From: Callorhinchus milii
Lineage: Eukaryota
Assembly: GCF_018977255.1 (NCBI RefSeq)
Contig: NW_024704743.1
Span: forward strand, 114,640,001-114,704,000
Reading direction: 5' to 3'
Length of the DNA stretch: 64,000 bases
Part shown: positions 62,914 through 64,000 of the stretch, in pieces
Position numbering within the stretch: the first letter of the stretch is position 1
Layout of the letters: every line of letters begins with the position of its first letter
Translations under genes and position numbers: made by a program
The notes under the pieces: generated by a model
The model's database searches: none
What the model was told of the DNA's origin: nothing
The model's input: the letters and a program-made list of their open reading frames with translations, nothing else

Positions 62914-63539
62914 CTGAAATCAATCACAGAGGGAATCAGTCAAACATGAGCAAGTATAAAGTTACTTTAACTTGTCTTCTTCCTCATTTCTCAGTCTCCA
63001 GCTCGCGATGCCCACCAAGCTTTCCAGGAGCCGTTTGTGCTGTCGGTCACCCACCCCACCCCGCCCCCCCCACCCAACAACAACAGCAACAACAACAACT
63101 TGCATTGATATAACCTCTTCATGCAGGGTAGTGTCCCAGAGAGCTTCAACCGCTGTGACGCCACCCGCCTTGTCTCACTCACCTCCAATCCACACGATAA
63201 GATCTACCATAAAGTTGCCTCTGGTTGGTCGCAGCACCAGGTCAGAACACTGACTCCAACTGCTCCGTCCCTCCACCCTATGACCTCGCTCCCTCTCCCA
63301 CTCTCTCATTGGTCTTCTGTCACGAGGGTCAGAGGGCGAGGGTCAGATTGCTCGGAGTCAGCATTGTTACCCGTCACACAGACCTTGCTGTGTGGATTGG
63401 GGTGAACGAACTAATGGCGGGCAGTGTTACGGCGATTGCTGGGGGGGAGCAGTACGCGTGGCTTCTGGAAGTCTCAGCTGGTGGTGCTCAGCTTCTTTGT
63501 TTTATGTCATGCTATGCAACGTTTTTCATATTATTTTGT

Positions 63540-63681
63540 GTTATTTGGCATCTGTGCACAATTGGCTTCCACAAAATATACAGTTAATACACTTTGCAAT
63601 ATATCCTGTGAAGGGCTTTGAAACTTCTCAACAAATCGATTAGGCGCTATATCAAATGCAAGGATTGCTATTATTATTATT
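63540..63681 (+). mobile_element. SINE 3' fragment
   Basis: ctgtgcacaattggct..aaatatacag..gcgctatatcaaatgcaaggatt tail. Confidence 0.85.
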
Positions 63682-64000
63682 TACAAAAAACTCTGGTAAA
63701 TGTTAAATCCATTTAGGTAATATAGTCGCTATTGGATACTTAATAGGTATAAAATCCACATGGTTAACTCTTTAAACTTATAAATATCATATAGTGGCCT
63801 TTTGTGTGCTGGAGCGGTAATAAAAACTGCTTCTCACGCAATCTCACTCAACCTCAGAGTCTATGATTGCTTTGCATTAGAACTCCTGCTGTGAAGTCAT
63901 GGGATTCACAGCCAACAGCAAAGAATAAATGAAAATTCTAATTAGAAATCAAACATTGCACATGTATATTGATATGGACTTAAATTAACGCATTTATTTT

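Overview
Vertebrate genomic DNA; no prokaryote-type system, CRISPR array or intact autonomous element is visible. The window lies inside one minus-strand gene, PREX2 (PIP3/G-beta-gamma-activated Rac exchange factor 2). I reconstructed 18 consecutive coding exons between 62913 and 1855. All have AG/GT boundaries with matching phases, and they total 2262 nt of open frame covering the end of DEP1, DEP2, PDZ1, PDZ2 and the first part of the IP4P-like domain. They correspond to human exons ~12-29 (numbering from memory); both gene ends lie outside the window. The introns are dense in retroposons typical of cartilaginous fish: a young tRNA-Ala-headed SINE with an (ATT)n tail, an older DeuSINE-type (SacSINE1/AmnSINE1-like) SINE, L2 and CR1 LINE 3' fragments, decayed LF-SINE-like copies and a probable hAT MITE. 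A chimaera such as Callorhinchus is inferred but not proven. The most notable points are: SINE tails that occupy the polypyrimidine-tract position of two PREX2 splice acceptors; a LINE/SINE-shared 3' stem-loop with a compensatory base change; multiply nested insertions and templated junction duplications; a perfect 17-bp hairpin; a CTCF-like site; and several enhancer-like repeat-free blocks. Repeat boundaries are approximate, and family names come from recalled consensus similarity, not a database search.
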